Origin: a virus
Lineage: Duplodnaviria > Caudoviricetes
DNA length: 64,000 nucleotides
Strand: one strand, 5' to 3'
IMG/VR virus record: IMGVR_UViG_3300018492_000150
Coordinates: 49,640 to 113,639 of that record
How positions within the stretch are numbered: the first letter of the stretch is position 1; every line of letters starts with the position of its first letter. The notes beneath the pieces were generated by a model. That model made no database searches and was not told the origin of the DNA. It saw nothing but the letters and a program-made list of their open reading frames with translations. Both the position numbers and the translations under genes were made by a program. Below, one piece after another: positions 62,244 to 64,000 of this stretch.

Positions 62244-63817
62244 GGAAAGAAAGTAGCGTAACTTTCTATACGTTCCCTTATAGAAGTGATTCTGTGAGGA
62301 AAAACTACTTTAATTGCTGGGAAGGGCTAGTGCTTATAGAGCTACAACGTGACCTGTGAAGGTGAGCGTGATATGCGGTCGAAAGACAGAAAGAATCTAT
62401 AAGACTGTATAAGGTGAAATAAAAGCTTATATTGATCTGAAAACAATATAGGTCCTAAGTACAATAAACAATGTTCAATCAGCAACCAAGCCTAATTAGA
62501 TAAAAATAAATTACAAAGGAGGACATAATTAATTATGAGAATTTTTAATTATACTAACAGATCACCTGTTTATAATAAACCGTTTATCCAAGAACAATGG
62601 AAACGGATAGACAGTTCAGTTATACCATTTGCAGATGGTCCAAATTGGATAAGTAATTTAGGTAATATATACAATGAAGATTTTGGTTGTATAATAGACC
62701 CTATAGTTGTACAAAGAACTCATGTTAATAGAATCGATGTGTTCGTAGATTATTATTATAATGATGGAACTGTATTCGAGATGAGACGAGCGTCTTTAGC
62801 TAGAACAGTATTACTAGCTTTTGCTCCCATTCCAAATGCAGATAAATTTGATGTAAATCATAATGATAGTGATTCTACTAATAATAAAATATATAATCTT
62901 TCTTGGTGTACTCATAAAGAAAATATACGGTTTGCATATTTGAATGGCAGAATGACTAGACATGATAAGGATGGTAATCTTATCGTTAAATCATTATTAC
63001 GACAAGAAACTATTGATAAAATATGCGAATTATTATTAGAAGGGAAGAATTATATAGAAATAGCTGAAGAAACAAATACTTCGTATAATATAGTATATAG
63101 CATTCATCACGGTAGAACTTATAAAGAAGAATGTGAAAATTATGATTTGGGAAGTGTACCTCAGCCTATTATACGTGAATCTCTTTCAGATACTCAACTA
63201 TCTGAAATATGTGAAATGCTAATCCATCAAATACCTCATCAAGAAATAGCCGATAAAATAGGTTGTTCAAAACAAACGATAAGTTCTATTAAAAATGGAG
63301 TTCTGTATCCAGAATTATATGAAAAATATAATTTAGGGAAATATAAAATACGAGATACAACTAGACTAACCAAAGATCAAAAGAAACAAATGAAAGTTTT
63401 TGTAGATGATAATAAAAATAATTATGCATCTAAAAATGATTTGTTTAGGGATGCGTTGAGATTTGTTGGATTCGATGCTCCCGATAAACTGCCTCAAGAT
63501 CTAAGACAATTTGTATACTACAATACAATATATAAAAAATCTAACTAGGAAGGTTCAACGACTATCGAAATCTATATATCCATAAGAGCTACTCTTATAT
63601 TATTTTATAAGAGTAGCAGGGTTGAAAATAAGGTATAGAAATATACACGAAGAGAGTAGAGTAGAGCCAAAGCGATTGTGGTGGAGAGATCCTTAAATCG
63701 AAATGAGTAGCATTCTCTAAAATATTTAGAGATGATGATATAGTCTCGGCATCTAGGTAAAACCCTAGAGAAGTTCATAAGAGAACTGCATAGAGTAGCG
63801 ATCTATGTGAAGACCCG
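62244..63817 (+). mobile_element. Group I intron with HNH homing endonuclease
   Basis: P1 GAAU pairs with GUUC; TTAATTGCTGGGAA, AATCAGCA, GTTCAACGACTA, GATATAGTCT; P9 hairpin then terminal G at 63817. Confidence 0.88.
62535..63548 (+). CDS. NUMOD4-HNH homing endonuclease with HTH repeats
   Basis: EQWKRI..WISNLG; VNHND..STNNKIYNLSWCTHKEN; HTH-like IAEET and IADKIGCS. Confidence 0.88.
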   Translation: MRIFNYTNRSPVYNKPFIQEQWKRIDSSVIPFADGPNWISNLGNIYNEDFGCIIDPIVVQRTHVNRIDVFVDYYYNDGTVFEMRRASLARTVLLAFAPIPNADKFDVNHNDSDSTNNKIYNLSWCTHKENIRFAYLNGRMTRHDKDGNLIVKSLLRQETIDKICELLLEGKNYIEIAEETNTSYNIVYSIHHGRTYKEECENYDLGSVPQPIIRESLSDTQLSEICEMLIHQIPHQEIADKIGCSKQTISSIKNGVLYPELYEKYNLGKYKIRDTTRLTKDQKKQMKVFVDDNKNNYASKNDLFRDALRFVGFDAPDKLPQDLRQFVYYNTIYKKSN

Positions 63818-63845
63818 ATATATTTTCAGATAACTGGCATAGAAT
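63818..63845 (+). CDS. 28-nt micro-exon (exon 2) of the 61377 gene
   Basis: In frame after the intron, reads IYFQITGIE; followed by a second P1 (GAAU with GUUC). Confidence 0.65.
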
Positions 63846-63977
63846 TTTCAGTAGTTCCTATATACTGGTAACAGTGTGTAGCAAACTCCTTTAAGATAGC
63901 TGGGAAAATGCCAATACTCAAAGAGCTACAACGTGACCTGCAAAGGTGAGCGTGATATGCGGTCGAAAGACAGAAAG
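63846..63977 (+). mobile_element. 5' part of a fourth group I intron (truncated)
   Basis: GCTGGGAA, then GAGCTACAACGTGACCTG..AAGGTGAGCGTGATATGCGGTCGAAAGACAGAAAGA nearly identical to 62339-62394. Confidence 0.8.
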
Positions 63978-64000
63978 AGATCGGAAGAGCACACGTCTGA
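63978..64000 (+). other. Illumina TruSeq adapter remnant (assembly artefact)
   Basis: AGATCGGAAGAGCACACGTCTGA. Confidence 0.97.

Noticed and set aside
63978-64000. Terminal sequence as biological DNA
   Set aside because: Exact Illumina adapter; contig-end artefact
1-64000. Stop-codon reassignment
   Set aside because: Genes are full-length in code 11, TAG and TGA end several genes, and the breaks are explained by introns

Overview
AT-rich (roughly 30% GC by eye) 64 kb segment of a jumbo myophage of the phiKZ/PBS1/AR9-related lineage. The host is probably a Firmicute, judged from strong AGGAGG RBSs and a GH25/Cpl-7/LysM endolysin. The window encodes a family-B DNA polymerase split into two genes 24 kb apart, a multisubunit RNA polymerase beta'-C subunit, a likely sigma-like subunit, portal, terminase, sheath, tube, tail fibre, prohead protease, major capsid, SF2 helicase, SSB, GroEL-like chaperonin, DHFR and lysis genes. 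It contains four group I introns, two carrying HNH endonucleases and two in tandem around a 28-nt exon. Two phage promoter classes are readable: AACA-N6-TAA and ATATTAT-N5-YGA. The last 23 nt are Illumina adapter. The most unusual signals are: (1) a short peptide motif [RK]PF[TVI] repeated, mostly at termini, in DNA-handling proteins but not seen in virion proteins; (2) a 31-bp perfect palindrome with attC-like cores heading four unrelated small genes; (3) a duplicated promoter-hairpin-microprotein module; (4) a candidate structured ncRNA. All annotations come from motif recognition by eye; no database searches were run.
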